The notes under the pieces: model-generated
Told to the model about the DNA's origin: nothing
Database searches by the model: none
Seen by the model: only the letters and a program-made list of their open reading frames with translations
Shown: piece by piece, positions 1-11,640 of the stretch
How positions within the stretch are numbered: position 1 is the first letter of the stretch
Layout of the letters: each line of letters begins with the position of its first letter
Source: Octopus vulgaris
Taxonomy: Eukaryota
Length of the DNA stretch: 64,000 bases
Assembly: GCA_951406725.2 (NCBI GenBank)
Contig: OX597816.1
Coordinates: forward strand, 125,364,001 to 125,428,000
Direction: 5' to 3'
Position numbers and translations under genes: made by a program

Positions 1-902
1 ATGTGGCCCGTCGCAAACAAGCTGATGTTGACCAGAAGCAAACCCATCAGTGGCTATGGAGCTCAGGAATAAAAGCAGAGAGCGAAGGTTTCATCCTGGC
101 TGCTCAAGATCAAAGCCTATTAACCCGGAACTACCAGGCCAATGTGATGAAAAATGGAGCAGACCCAAAATGCCCATTCTGCAACGACATGATTGAAACA
201 GTGGACCACCTAATCTCTGGATGTAAAGTCTTAGCACCAGTGAAGTATAAATTAAGACATGACAGAGCTGGCCAATATCTACACTGGCTAATAAGTCGGC
301 ATTACAATATCAAAACTGCCGACAAGTGGTATAATCACCACCCTGAAGCTGTAACTGAAGGAGAAATTGTAACGATTCTGTGGGACTTTCCAGTACATAC
401 AGACCGAACCATCAAAGCCAATAAACCGGATATTGTTGTGAAAGACCAAAACAATAAAGTTTGCTTATTGATCGACATGAGCATCCCCTGTGATCATAAT
501 ATCTCGGCGAAAGAGTTTGACAAGCTCAGAAAATAGAAAGACCTGCTCATTGAAATTGAGAAAATGTGGCATCTCAAGGCGGTTACCATACCAGTGATCG
601 TAGGATCACTATGAATGATCAAGAAGGGAACCGAAAATTATATGAGAATGATCCCTGGCTTACCAGCCCTGCAAGAAGTGCAAAAGATTGTCTTAACTGG
701 TACATCACACGTACTGAGAAGAGCATTGTCGATGTGAGAACTATTACTACCCATGTATTTTAATTTAACTTTAAAAAAAAGAACGAACTAGTGAGTTTAG
801 TTTAATGGCCTACCAATGAATACTATGAGTTTCTTTGCCCTAGGAGTCGGGAAGACACTCGGGAAAAAATGGAAGCAAATTTGAAAGAAGTAAAAAAAAG
901 AC
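1..902 (+). mobile_element. R4/Dong-like non-LTR retrotransposon, 3' part (family A), runs off the window start
   Basis: ORF 3..536 carries KAESEGFILAAQDQ, the CCHC knuckle (CPFC..ETVDHLISGC), RHD and restriction-like endonuclease motifs (WDFPVHTDR..NKPDIVV..LIDMSIP). A premature stop follows, and the 3'UTR ends in (TAA)n. Confidence 0.9.
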
Positions 903-961
903 AATAATGATAATAATAATAATAATTATTATTATTATTATTGTTATTGTTATTGTTATTA
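903..961. repeat. (TAA)n to (TTA)n microsatellite with a polarity switch
   Basis: ataatgataataataataataa/ttattattatt seen directly. Confidence 0.9.
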
Positions 962-1530
962 TTTGACATCTGGTAGTTTCAGTCAAATATCTATTGCGTC
1001 ACTTCCTACACCTCCGTTCGCTGAGACATGTGTAGTATTGAGTGATGTTTTTTTTAGATGAAATACAACATCTTCCCCATATAGTATCGCATCAAGTATA
1101 TTTTGTCATGTGGATTGGCTTGAGTCTTTTGTCGTTTTAGGGCTTCTGTTGCGTGTGTAATGTGAGTTATCTTCATGTGTAGAGTACATGTTGTGAGGGT
1201 TGTTTTTTGTATTGGATATTTACTGTATGAGTATGTCTACTTCGGTCTTAGAAACTTGCTTTTCTCGTAAGATATATATTCGGATGTTTGCAAGTGCATT
1301 TTGTTTTTTCCCGATATCTTCATTAATTCTTCCTCCATATCTCGTATGTTTCTTTTATTATTCTTGTGTGTTTTGGATACAGTGTTACATTGTAGGATGC
1401 ATGTATCACTTCAATACAGTCATAATCTGTCCATCGCTCTTGTTTTTTTTTTTTTGTTCCTCTTTTGGACAGAGAAATGAAAAGACGGATCCGTTTTTCA
1501 GCTTTAACCACTTGACAGAACATGGCCCCT
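962..1530 (-). mobile_element. N-terminal fragment of an R4/Dong-like element
   Basis: ORF 1323..1523 (QERWTDYDCIEVIHASYNVTLYPKHTRIIKETYEIWRKN) aligns by eye to KRHKWTREEYISILHAYFTAVLYPKNENTRTHTYKIWKEN of the full-length element at 43836..44273. Confidence 0.7.
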
Positions 1531-2029
1531 GGACGTGTGCAGTGGTATCTTTTGTCTCACGATTATCCGAGGCCCATAGAACGAAAATCACCAATATTTC
1601 TTTCTTCGTCATAGTTTCATCACCGAGCACAACTACTACTTTCCATTGTTTAAAACTTAGCGTGTTGCATCTTTTGCTAAAGTCACTTAAATACCATGCG
1701 TTCGATGTTTCTTTTGTTCACGTATGGAAACTTGTATGTGTTTGATGTGAATTGTATAAACATTATATTTGTTGATGTACAAGCGAAAAACATCAATGTA
1801 CATTCGAGTAGTAATTGAAATGCATATGAGATGAATTCTCGTACTCACAGATTTGTTGTATATGGATCTCACAGTTCTTATGCTGCAGCACTTCATATTC
1901 ATATTTTATTGCAGTAACGCAGTAGGAAAAACACAATGCTTTAAATACTTCATATATCAAAGGAATCTTTCTGTTTCCTGAAATGATATTAAAACAATTA
2001 CATTATTTTTCTGGGGGTTTTTTTTTGCG

Positions 2030-3055
2030 TTTTCTTAAATCCTGTTTGGTGATGATTTCAGATTTTATCTTTCCTTGAATGGAACCTTTGTCATACGCCC
2101 ATGATGTTCATTATTCGCTACGGAAATATCATACTACTGTATGCTCTTTTCCTCTGCTTCGATACATCCTAGCTACTGGTGAAACTGCTCCCACCGTTTC
2201 TTCTGGACAAGTACGCCTATCATTGTCACTATTATGATGGAAGGCTCCGTGCACTGTCAACAATTTTCGTGTCATAGTATTCATGTTCATCACTTCTTTC
2301 CTTTGCCATTTTATAATTTCAGCTCCACACCGAAGTGACGCTATCATCCATGTATTAACCGCTTGGATTTTATTCCATCCGGTCAATTTTGAGCGCAACA
2401 CCAACCTCAGTCTTCGGAAATATTTCATCCTCAGTTGCTCTTTCATATCATTGTTCATTATCTCGTTGAGCTTATACCAAGGTATTTGTAGCTTTCCGTT
2501 TCAATTTGTTTAATCAGTTATCTATTAGGTAATTCTATCCCTGCTAGGAAATGTACCTTGCCTCTTTTCAGGTACATAATTCCACACTTCTTGAATCCGA
2601 ATTCCATTCTAATATTAGCACTAAAACATTGAACCGTGTTCACCAAGGAACTCAATTGTGCCTCATCTTTCTCAAACAGCTTCAAATCATCCATGAAGAA
2701 GAGAGGGTTAACTGTTTGAGATTTTCCCTTTAGCTAGTATCTTAGGCTCATTTTCCTGAGTAGCAAGGTCAAAGAGATCATGCAGAGAACAAAAAGCAAC
2801 GGAGATAAGCTATCACCATGGAAAATCCCTTTTGTGATACCCAGGGTGCTCAAGCTTCTTCCGCACGGTGTCAACTCAGTTTCTACCCCACCATACTCCT
2901 CTTCAGAAAACACGTTACATTCCTCACAGTTCCAAACAGATATGGCATTCGATGATCCACGAATGTAGAATCATACCACAAGCTTTGCGATAGTCAATCC
3001 AGGCCATTACCAGATGTATTCTTTCGTTTACACTGTTGCATCACAATTTTGCCAA
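2030..3055 (-). mobile_element. Decayed RT fragment of an R4/Dong-like LINE
   Basis: Minus strand reads GIFHGDSLSP, FFMDDLKLF and YFRRLRLVLRSKLTGWNKIQAVNTW (ORF 2129..2458). Confidence 0.8.
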
Positions 3056-3235
3056 TCAATAATTAGTCTTTAGAACCTCCGCATCACATTCTGCAACCAT
3101 TTTTTCGTTCTCATCAAGAAATTTGTACACTTCTGAAATTCCTCCTGACATTAGCTTCTTGTTACTTTCTAATTGCTTATGATTATTGTTGTTGTTATTG
3201 TTGTTGATGTTGTCGTCGTCGTCCTTGTTGTTGTT

Positions 3236-3784
3236 GAGTGAGAGAGCAGTGCCTGCCATCAAAGTGACATTGGGATAAAATATACGAAGCCCAATACACC
3301 CATCATGATTACCCGTCTGATAAGGGGGCACCAGGCACATACATCACAACCATATGTGCGCGAAATGGTGATATCATATCAAGACAAACAGCATATGACC
3401 TTGCAGGTGTGGCCCAGTTAGAATATTCTCGGGTCGAGTGGTACATTCCTCTCAAGAGATCCCTGAATGAGGGTTGTTTAAGTATGTTGAACGAAACACC
3501 TATTTTCCAAAGGTGAATTATCCAAACCTCACAGAATTCCTCTCAACATATGGCTATCATGTTCGCCCACTACTTCTAATCGTGATTAGAGATGCAGATA
3601 TCGTCAGACACAAAAGGACATTCTCACCAGGTTAACTTCAAATAACTGACAAGTAAATCTGTGGTATTGAGCAGAATATTTGTTGTAGCCCATCTTTTAT
3701 GCCAAGACATAATAAGGTACATAACACTTCCAATCAGTTAAGATCACAAGCCATGAGAGCCCCTGTCTTGTACTGCATCAGGGC

Positions 3785-3787
<3 letters not shown>
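3236..3787 (-). mobile_element. Non-coding ~550-bp repeat inserted in a (TAA/CAA)n array; probable non-autonomous retroelement
   Basis: A GC-richer block with sharp ends, flanked on both sides by TTA/TTG microsatellite. It has no TE ORF and no obvious tRNA head. Orientation is inferred from microsatellite polarity. Confidence 0.55.
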
Positions 3788-3845
<58 letters not shown>

Positions 3846-3870
3846 GTTGTTGATGTTGTTGTTGTTGTTA

Positions 3871-4218
3871 TCTGCTTTCAATTCTGTTTCCATTTCTTTT
3901 CGAGTGTCTCCGTCACTCCTAGGGCAGAGGAACGTACTGTATACAATGTTAGGTTATGAAAAGAAGCACACAAGATTGTTCATTTACAGAGTCATGTGAC
4001 AGAGAAAAGGAGGAAGATGGAGAGATAAAGGGGAAAATTTGAAAAGTAAACAAATAAAATAAAGGGGGAGAAAGGAAAGAAAATTTACAGCCACAATGCT
4101 CTTCTCAATGCGTATGACGTACCAGTTAAGACGATCTTTTGCACTTCCTGCATGGATGGTAAGCCAGGGATCATTCTTAAATAATTTTTTTTCCTTTTTG
4201 GCTCCTACAATCACTGGT
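3871..4218 (-). mobile_element. Short 3' fragment of Dong-like family A
   Basis: The reverse complement matches 590-900 (GAATGATCCCTGGCTTACCA..GAAGTGCAAAAGAT; GCCCTAGGAGT..ACACTCG). It is flanked by TTA/TTG and CTA arrays. Confidence 0.85.
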
Positions 4219-4229
4219 GTTATTATTAT

Positions 4230-4284
<55 letters not shown>

Positions 4285-4340
4285 GCTACTACTATTGCTA
4301 CTACTACTGCTACTACTACTACTGCTACTACTACTACTAT

Positions 4341-7300
4341 TCATATGCACTCAACAGATTAGATTGGTTGGAAAAGAATCCTAAAATCGGGCTACAACAA
4401 GTAGCCTCAGATGCAAAGAATCCTCCTATTCGTTAACAACAAGTAATCTTAAAGACCAACAACCCTATTAGTATCCTAGATATCCCGAATAACAGTGTTT
4501 TCTGCAACTGTACTAAACTGGGTTTTATGCCTATTTTCTCTATCCAGCTGTTTACATCTTTAACTACTGGGATACATTTTACCCGCACTTTCGACAGTCT
4601 CGTTAATTCTATAGCTAGATCCAAGTACTTTGCTATTTGTTCTATACTCCTCATACTAATGTTTCTTCATTTGGGGCCGTAAAGTCAATTATCCGTCACT
4701 TTTTATTCTCTTCATTTACTATTACCAAATCAGGCCTTCTAGCTCATTTTACTCTGTCAGTCTGAATGTTAAAATCTCACATTTCATATTACTTACTTTC
4801 TAGTACTTTACTAGGTTCATTTATCTTGTATTACTTACCTTCTAGTAAATTGCTAGGGATCCTAACATTCAACATAGCTCCTAGTGGATTGCTCTCCCTA
4901 GATTGTTATGTCTTTTCTTGTATTATTTCTGTGCCAGCATACTACATTCTCTTACTATATGAGTTACGTCTTCCTTCTTTGATTTGCATAATTTACATTG
5001 GGAATCTTCTTGGTTTTTGTGTATCTTGGCTTTTATCCAATTACTCTTTAATGCTTGATCTTGTGCAGCTACGAACAAACTTTCTGTGTCCCTCTTCAGT
5101 CTTCCTTTCTGCAGTCATAAACATGTCTCACTACTACTATTTGTTGAAACTATCTTTCGGAATCTACCGGCTTTTCCTGCCAGTCAGATAATTTATGTTC
5201 TTTTTGTGATTTTGAAGTTCGTTTGGTGTTTTGGTCTCTTTATGTCTTCCTGTAACGCATCTTTTAATAAATTTTCTTCACTATTACCTACATAGGAGAC
5301 TATATCAAATCTTGCTAACTCCCCACAGTTTTATACTGATATTAGCCCTCCTTCACCTTCCTTTCTAAGTAGGCATAATCTTGCTAACTCCTGCCTTTGG
5401 GTGAAGTCTTCCATTCATATTGAATTCCTTCATAGTTCTTCTGTCTAACTTTCTTAATTCACGTTTTGTTCAATCTACAAAAGCTGTTGCGTATCTAAGT
5501 AATGACACTGTCCAAGTATTTAAGGCTTCACTGAATTCGAACCATTGAGATTTGATTTCATTATCTTCCTCACCAGTCTGATGTACGCCTTCTGAATTTT
5601 CGTGTTCATTTCGTGTTCATTTCTTTAGTATTCTATAAGATTCTAATACTCCTAGATACTTATAACTCTCTCCTCGTTTCAATGATTTTAATGTCTGGCC
5701 ATCTGGTAATTGGATGTCTTCGCTGTTGACTACCTTTCCCCTTGTCGTGACTAATATTGCACACTTATCTATGCCAAATTTCGGGCCCATAACTTTACTG
5801 AAGTGTCTTACAGTCTCTACTAAGGAATGTATCTCTTCTACATTCTTACTAAAATGCTTCTCATCATCCATGTAGAGCAAATGGTTAATTTTTCCATTAC
5901 TATTTCTAAACTAACACCTTGCTTTTGCCTTCCTTAGTACTAAACTGAGGGGCATCACACATAAGACAACTATTAAAGGAGACAACGAGACACCCTGAAC
6001 ATTTTCTCTTTTGATATTAACTTTCCATAAGAGTGTGTCATCTGAGTGGAGATCAACTTTCCAGTTCTTCTTGCTAATGCTAATTAATTCTCATATGTTG
6101 TCGATTATACTGACTATACTGTAACATTCACTTATACATGAGTGTGGGATCATGTCATAGGATTTCCTATAATCTATCCATGCTATTGTTAATTTTTTCT
6201 TTCTAGAATTTACTTCCTTTAGAACTGTTTGTCTATGTGTAATTGATCATGCGTTCCTCAAGTCTTCCTGCAACCCTCTGTTCTTTTGGTAGTAAATTCT
6301 GGTTGTGAACGTGCTCATGAATGCTTTCTGAATGCATTCCTGTTAACAGCTTCCACAGTAAAAGAAAGCAAGTGATTGGTCTATAGTTGCTAACTTGCTC
6401 TTATCCTTCATAATGAGTATTGTCCTCCCTCTAGTCATCCAATCTGGTATTATTCTTCCATTTAGGCAATCCTGAATTTGTTCCTTCAGTCTCCCATGTA
6501 AACTACTGAATTGCTTTAGCCAGTACACTTGAAATAAATCTGGATTTTTCCAATTCGGCATTTTTCCTAACACTTTACTCATTAATGCACTAGTTAAACA
6601 TAGATTTGGTTGCTTCTCACTCATTACTTCTTCCATCACTTTCTTTAACTATACTGCATATCCAATATGATGGACTAGTTTATCCCAAATATTATTCATC
6701 TGCATTAGGTTTCTCATTCCCAGTACTCCATTCTCCACTATTTATTTGGTTATAAAATCTCCTCCGGTCTATCTCAAATAATCTATTCTGCTGATACTGA
6801 TCAATTTTTTCCTGATATCTGGAGAACTTGCTTGCTACTGCTATGATACGCTGCTTCAACTCTTCTATTATTGTGCCAAATCTTTTCTCTTGGACTGAGT
6901 ATCTTTTCTCGAGGCAAGATATGCATCCTATGTTTCCTAACTTGTTTGTTTTCCAGGCTTCTATTCCAGTCAGATCTTGTCTGAAAAATCTCTATTTTAT
7001 AGTTTCCTTTTCTATATTCGCTCTTTTTTAATATTTCCCTTTGAGATATCTAATCTTCTGGTGACTACTACCCAATTGCATAGATCAATAAGGTAGTGTC
7101 TCCTATATTTTAAGTATCTATCCTACTGATAACACAATCTACTTTCCTAGTCATTTCTAGCAGCTTCCTTCTGTTGGCGCCTTTTAATGTCATCTGTTTC
7201 TTACTTCTTTACTCATGTCAAATTTGTTCTTCCTTATATAAACCACTTAAGTCGTAGGTGCTAGTTGTTACTTCTTCCTTATTGGTAACGCTATTATTAT

Positions 7301-7740
7301 TTTTTCTTTGGGTTTTTCTTTGGTTTGATTTGTATCTCTTATGTTGTTGTTTATCTTTCCCACTGCCTGGTCTTTCTTTTCCAGTTCTCTTGTAATCTTT
7401 TCTACCTCCAATTCTGTCATCCACTTTCTACTACTAATAGCATACCCTTCTCTACCCAGAGTGTTAACATCCGTTTTCTATAGCTCATTCTTTTAGGTTC
7501 AGTTTCTAAGTGGCACTGTATCACTATCCTGTTTGGTTCGCTGGTCAATTTCCTCTTCCTTGCTCTATTATCTGCGGAAGCTGTATTAGGATGACAGCTG
7601 TAGTCAGTCTGCATAATTACGGATCCACTGCCGAGGAAGAGGGCTTTCCTTAAAGGTCTAGCTTCATATTCGTGGTTACAACTAGTGTTCTGCATGAGCT
7701 CCTGTCCCTTATAAACGTTCGTCAAAATCGTCATCGCCAC
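4341..7740 (-). mobile_element. Near full-length but heavily decayed R4/Dong-like LINE (family B)
   Basis: Successive minus-strand ORF fragments: N-terminus (7417..7740), KMPNWK..DWMTRGRTILIMKD (6343..6639), LYMDD (5617..5880) and the RLE end (4433..4654). Microsatellite arrays bound both sides. Confidence 0.85.
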
Positions 7741-7758
7741 TATTACTTTATTATTATA

Positions 7759-7852
<94 letters not shown>
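7741..7852. repeat. (TTA)n(GTA)n compound microsatellite
   Basis: Seen directly. Confidence 0.95.
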
Positions 7853-7869
7853 TGTGTGTAATATACTGA

Positions 7870-8545
7870 GCTGACTTTTGACTGATCTGCCTATTTTGTC
7901 AATTTTGCTGTCAGTTAGTCCTTTACTTTTTTCGGATGTTACGTCATACAGCTCCTAGTTCATAACTACCCATGCTATGTTTTGCTTCTCCAGATATTGT
8001 AGGTCTCTCTTTGTATGGTTGATGTTTCTGGGTTTAGTACTGAATAATAATAAACATCCATAATTTCGATATATTCCTCCTTACTCCATTTCTGTCTTGT
8101 ATTTCTATTTTTTGAGATATGTTTGGTTGTTGATCCTGAGCGTCAGTTTCGGGAATATCTCTGGTTTGATTTGCTACAGGCTCTTGAGGAGGTTGGTCCT
8201 GATTTAAAGACTTTTCTAGCTCAGTGTCAGAATCTGATGTCACTGATAAACGCGTTCTTCCGTTCTTCGAACGACACGGGTTCTAGTGAGTATTTCTATG
8301 TTTGGTATCCAGGCCCGTGCTATAAGCGCCCTGGGTTAACCCAGTTGTTTGGTTCTTTGGGTAATGTGCAGAGGTCCCAGGCATCATCATTTTTTGGTGT
8401 GTGGGGAATTTTATTATGACCTGACGCTTGGAAGGTGTCAAATGGCAGGCCGACAAAATCCATGTAGCATCGTTGAAGGGGGCATATATTGAATTGACAT
8501 CCAGATAAAGACAGAGACAGGGAGACAAAAGACAGAACCATCATG
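7870..8545 (-). mobile_element. 5'UTR plus N-terminal fragment of an R4/Dong-like element
   Basis: A frameshifted minus-strand reading gives RQKWSKEEYIEIMDVYYYSVLNP, homologous to the WTREEY motif at 43836..44273. Confidence 0.65.
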
Positions 8546-9012
8546 CAATCTTCAAGCTACTTCAAGTAGGATGGCGATGATGTTGGTGGCGGCGGTGGCG
8601 GCGGTAGAAGTGGTAATGGGATTGTATATGTTCTGTCAGATGGATGTAAATTGTGTTGCATGTGTGTATTTGTCTGCAGGCAAATCATTATTATTAGTAG
8701 CTGTAGTAGTAGTAATACCAGTAGCAGCAACAATAGCAGCGGTAGTAGCGCGATCTAGAAGCAAAAGAAGCGTTACACACTTGCAGTCAGCAGAAGTCAA
8801 ATGTGTTTACCACAACAGGCGCCCAATGAGAGGGCTGACCTTGGCTTAGGAGGGCCAACTTACCCTGTTCTGTTTTAATTACGAATAGAAAAAAATAACA
8901 ATAATAATATATATACATTCAAACGCACACATACACACACATACATATATTATTGTTGTTGTTGTTGTTGTTATTATTATCATTATTATTATCAGTATTA
9001 TTATTATTATTA

Positions 9013-9770
9013 TGTTTGACTTTTGCTTTATATTTGTACAAGTTGGCTCCAAGTCTCACCCGGAGACCTCGAGAGACAACAGGTTGGAAGTTCACGTTGT
9101 TGTTATGCCTAGTATGCATTATATTTGGTTGTTTTTTGTGTTGTACTGGTGGATGTCTAACAAAAATGTTTGTTTTAAACCTTGAGATTACATAGAAAGT
9201 ATTTTGCGTAGGATATGAGCAGTTCCTATGAGCACTATCTTTTGAATTTCTGCCATTTTGGGGTTTCCTGGTATCTGAGTTAGGTAGCTATCAGCCCCTT
9301 TTGCTATCATTCCCAGGGCACCTATGACAACAGGTATTGTTTTAGTCTTCATGTTTCACATTTTGCTGATTTCCATTTCAAGATCTTTAAATTTACTCAG
9401 TTTTTGGTAGGTCTTGACAGATACGTTTATATCGATTGGGACAGTTATATCAATGAGGAGGTATGTTGTTTGTTTGAAGTCTTTCAATATGATGTCTGGC
9501 CTATTTGCATCTATCTTTCTGTCAGTTTGAATGGTGAAGTTCCAGAGGAGTGAGATGTGATCATTTTCAAGCACTGGGGGTGGTTTGTGTTCCCACCAGT
9601 TTTTTTCATGGGGCAAATCCAGGTTTTTGCAGATTACCCAGTGAATATATTGTGCCTACTCTGTAGGCGCTAGAAGACTGCACTTGGAGACCACATGATC
9701 AATGGTTTCATTTTGTTGCTGGCATACACGACACGTTGGACTGCTGCTGATCTTTAATATGTTGGCCTGG
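9013..9770 (-). mobile_element. 5'-truncated R4/Dong-like copy (family C), CCHC + RLE + 3'UTR
   Basis: CRVCQQQNETIDHVVSKC; ORF 9356..9616 LLWNFTIQTDRKIDANRPDIILKD..LIDITVP; (TAA)n tail. Confidence 0.9.
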
Positions 9771-9875
9771 TCACCGGCACGGAGGCCCGTCGGGACGGCG
9801 CTGGCAACGGCCACGTCGGACGGTTCGCTTACGTGCCAACGGCACTGGTATCGCAGCTGCAATTTCCATTGATGT
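9771..9875 (-). repeat. GC-rich fragment of a different repeat fused to the 5' end of the truncated LINE
   Basis: An abrupt GC-rich block with a repeated GTGCCG(G/T)TG motif on the minus strand. It resembles an RTE-associated octopus repeat (from memory). Confidence 0.45.
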
Positions 9876-9958
9876 TGATCGATTTCGATTTTGATTTTGA
9901 GCAGTATGTATTATTATTATTAATATTATTATTATTATTATTATTATTGTTATTGTTA

Positions 9959-9990
<32 letters not shown>

Positions 9991-9992
<2 letters not shown>

Positions 9993-10680
9993 CTTTATCA
10001 CAGGTTTTGTTGGAGATCCTTGGTCTTGCATGCGCAATAGGCCTACTACCTGCAGCCTACGGTACCATGCTATTCCTTCTTTTCAGCTATTTAATGCTTA
10101 CCTGATTATTCTGGTCGTGCCAAGGAGGCAAACCTTTTGTAACAGTTCTACTGGGGACTCTATTCCAACATCCTTTATATTTCCCTTCCTTTGTTTTCCC
10201 TTTTTTCTCTGCTCTCAATTCTCCCTCGTTCCTAACTGTCACTAGCAAGGTTTCCTTACTTTGGGCTAGGTATCTCATTATTATACTTAAGTTCGATATG
10301 AATGCAGTCTTCTACACTTATTAGTCCCTTTCATCCATTTACTCTCTTCATGTAGAGGCGATCAGTGTCTGCATGTAGATGATAAGCTTCATGCACCGTT
10401 AGGAGCTTTTTTGACTTCCGGTTCACCTGTTCACCGAACTACTACGGCTGCGCGCGAGTTTCAGGTCGTCCATGAATAGGATGTGGTTTAGTTTTCCCTT
10501 ACCGCAACTTTATTTTCTGTAATATTTCTCTCAAGGGGATCCTTCCCAGCACGAATACCAGTCGGGACACACTGTCTCCCTGAAGGATTCCTCTCTTGAT
10601 ACCCTGCTGTCAATTTCGTCCTCCAGTATTTCAAGCTATTCCATATAACGCTTCTCATATTTTCTGCTACTCCATATATT
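9991..10680 (-). mobile_element. Deleted, decayed R4/Dong-like copy
   Basis: Minus strand reads GIKRGILQGDS and KLNHILFMDDLKL; (TTA)n lies at the 3' side. Confidence 0.7.
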
Positions 10681-10719
10681 TCCTCCTCCCCTTCCTCCTC
10701 CTCCTCCTCCTCCTCCTCC

Positions 10720-10751
<32 letters not shown>

Positions 10752-10860
10752 GTCGTCGTTATTGTTGTTGTTGTTGTTGTTGTTGTTGTTATTGTTGTTG
10801 TTGTTGTTGTTATTGTTATTGTTGTTATTGTTGTTATTGTTGTTATTGTTATTGTTATTA
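10681..10860. repeat. (TCC)(TCA)(TCG)(TTG/TTA) compound microsatellite
   Basis: Seen directly. Confidence 0.95.
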
Positions 10861-11640
10861 ATTTTCTTCAATCTTTTCCTTCTCACTTTCCACTCTCATA
10901 CTTCCCAGACAGCCTACTTGCTGTTTCTGTAATATGTCGACTCACCCAATGATACAATCACTTATACCCTATCACTTATAATACATCAAGTTTCCTGCTG
11001 TTTCTACTTAATTGAATATGTTTGCTCCCTAATTATAACGGGTTATAGCTACATTTTACCGAATGAAAAATTATTTTCAAATTATATAATTTACCTTTAC
11101 TTATTCTTAAGAACATCCATTAGAAATACAAGTCGTTCTGTGTTGTTTCTCACGTCTCCAGAAATAATCATGTCCCCCGCCGATGTTACAAGCTTACCCT
11201 CCAAATCATCTTGACTCTTATTTTATCGTCCTCGAATTACATACTTCATGTTTATTGACAATTTTTCTTTCTTGCTCTATTTCTCTATTTTGATATATAC
11301 ATATATACATATATACATATACATATCTGTGTGTATGTGAGTGAGTGCATGTATGTGTATTTGTATGTATGTGTATATTTATGTATGTATGTATATATTG
11401 CCAATTATAGTTTTCACGAAAACTAGGTGATTCATAATATAGTATTCGCTTGTTCGATTTTGTTATTTGGTTAGTCTTAATTCTTCTGTACCGACTTGCA
11501 AGAGAAGATCATCCAGTCATTGAGTGGCTTTTAGATACACATCAATATAAAATACTACACAGAACGTAAGATAGCACTTGAAATCGTCGGGACGATAATA
11601 GAAGATTTGGTCTCATAGACGCATTGTCTTTTATCTATTA

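Noticed and set aside
10488-10952. Low-complexity ORFs (poly-N/D/E/I/L/R/F; also 40168-40512, 44518-44811, 51285-51579 and 36509-37567)
   Set aside because: They are translations of microsatellites.
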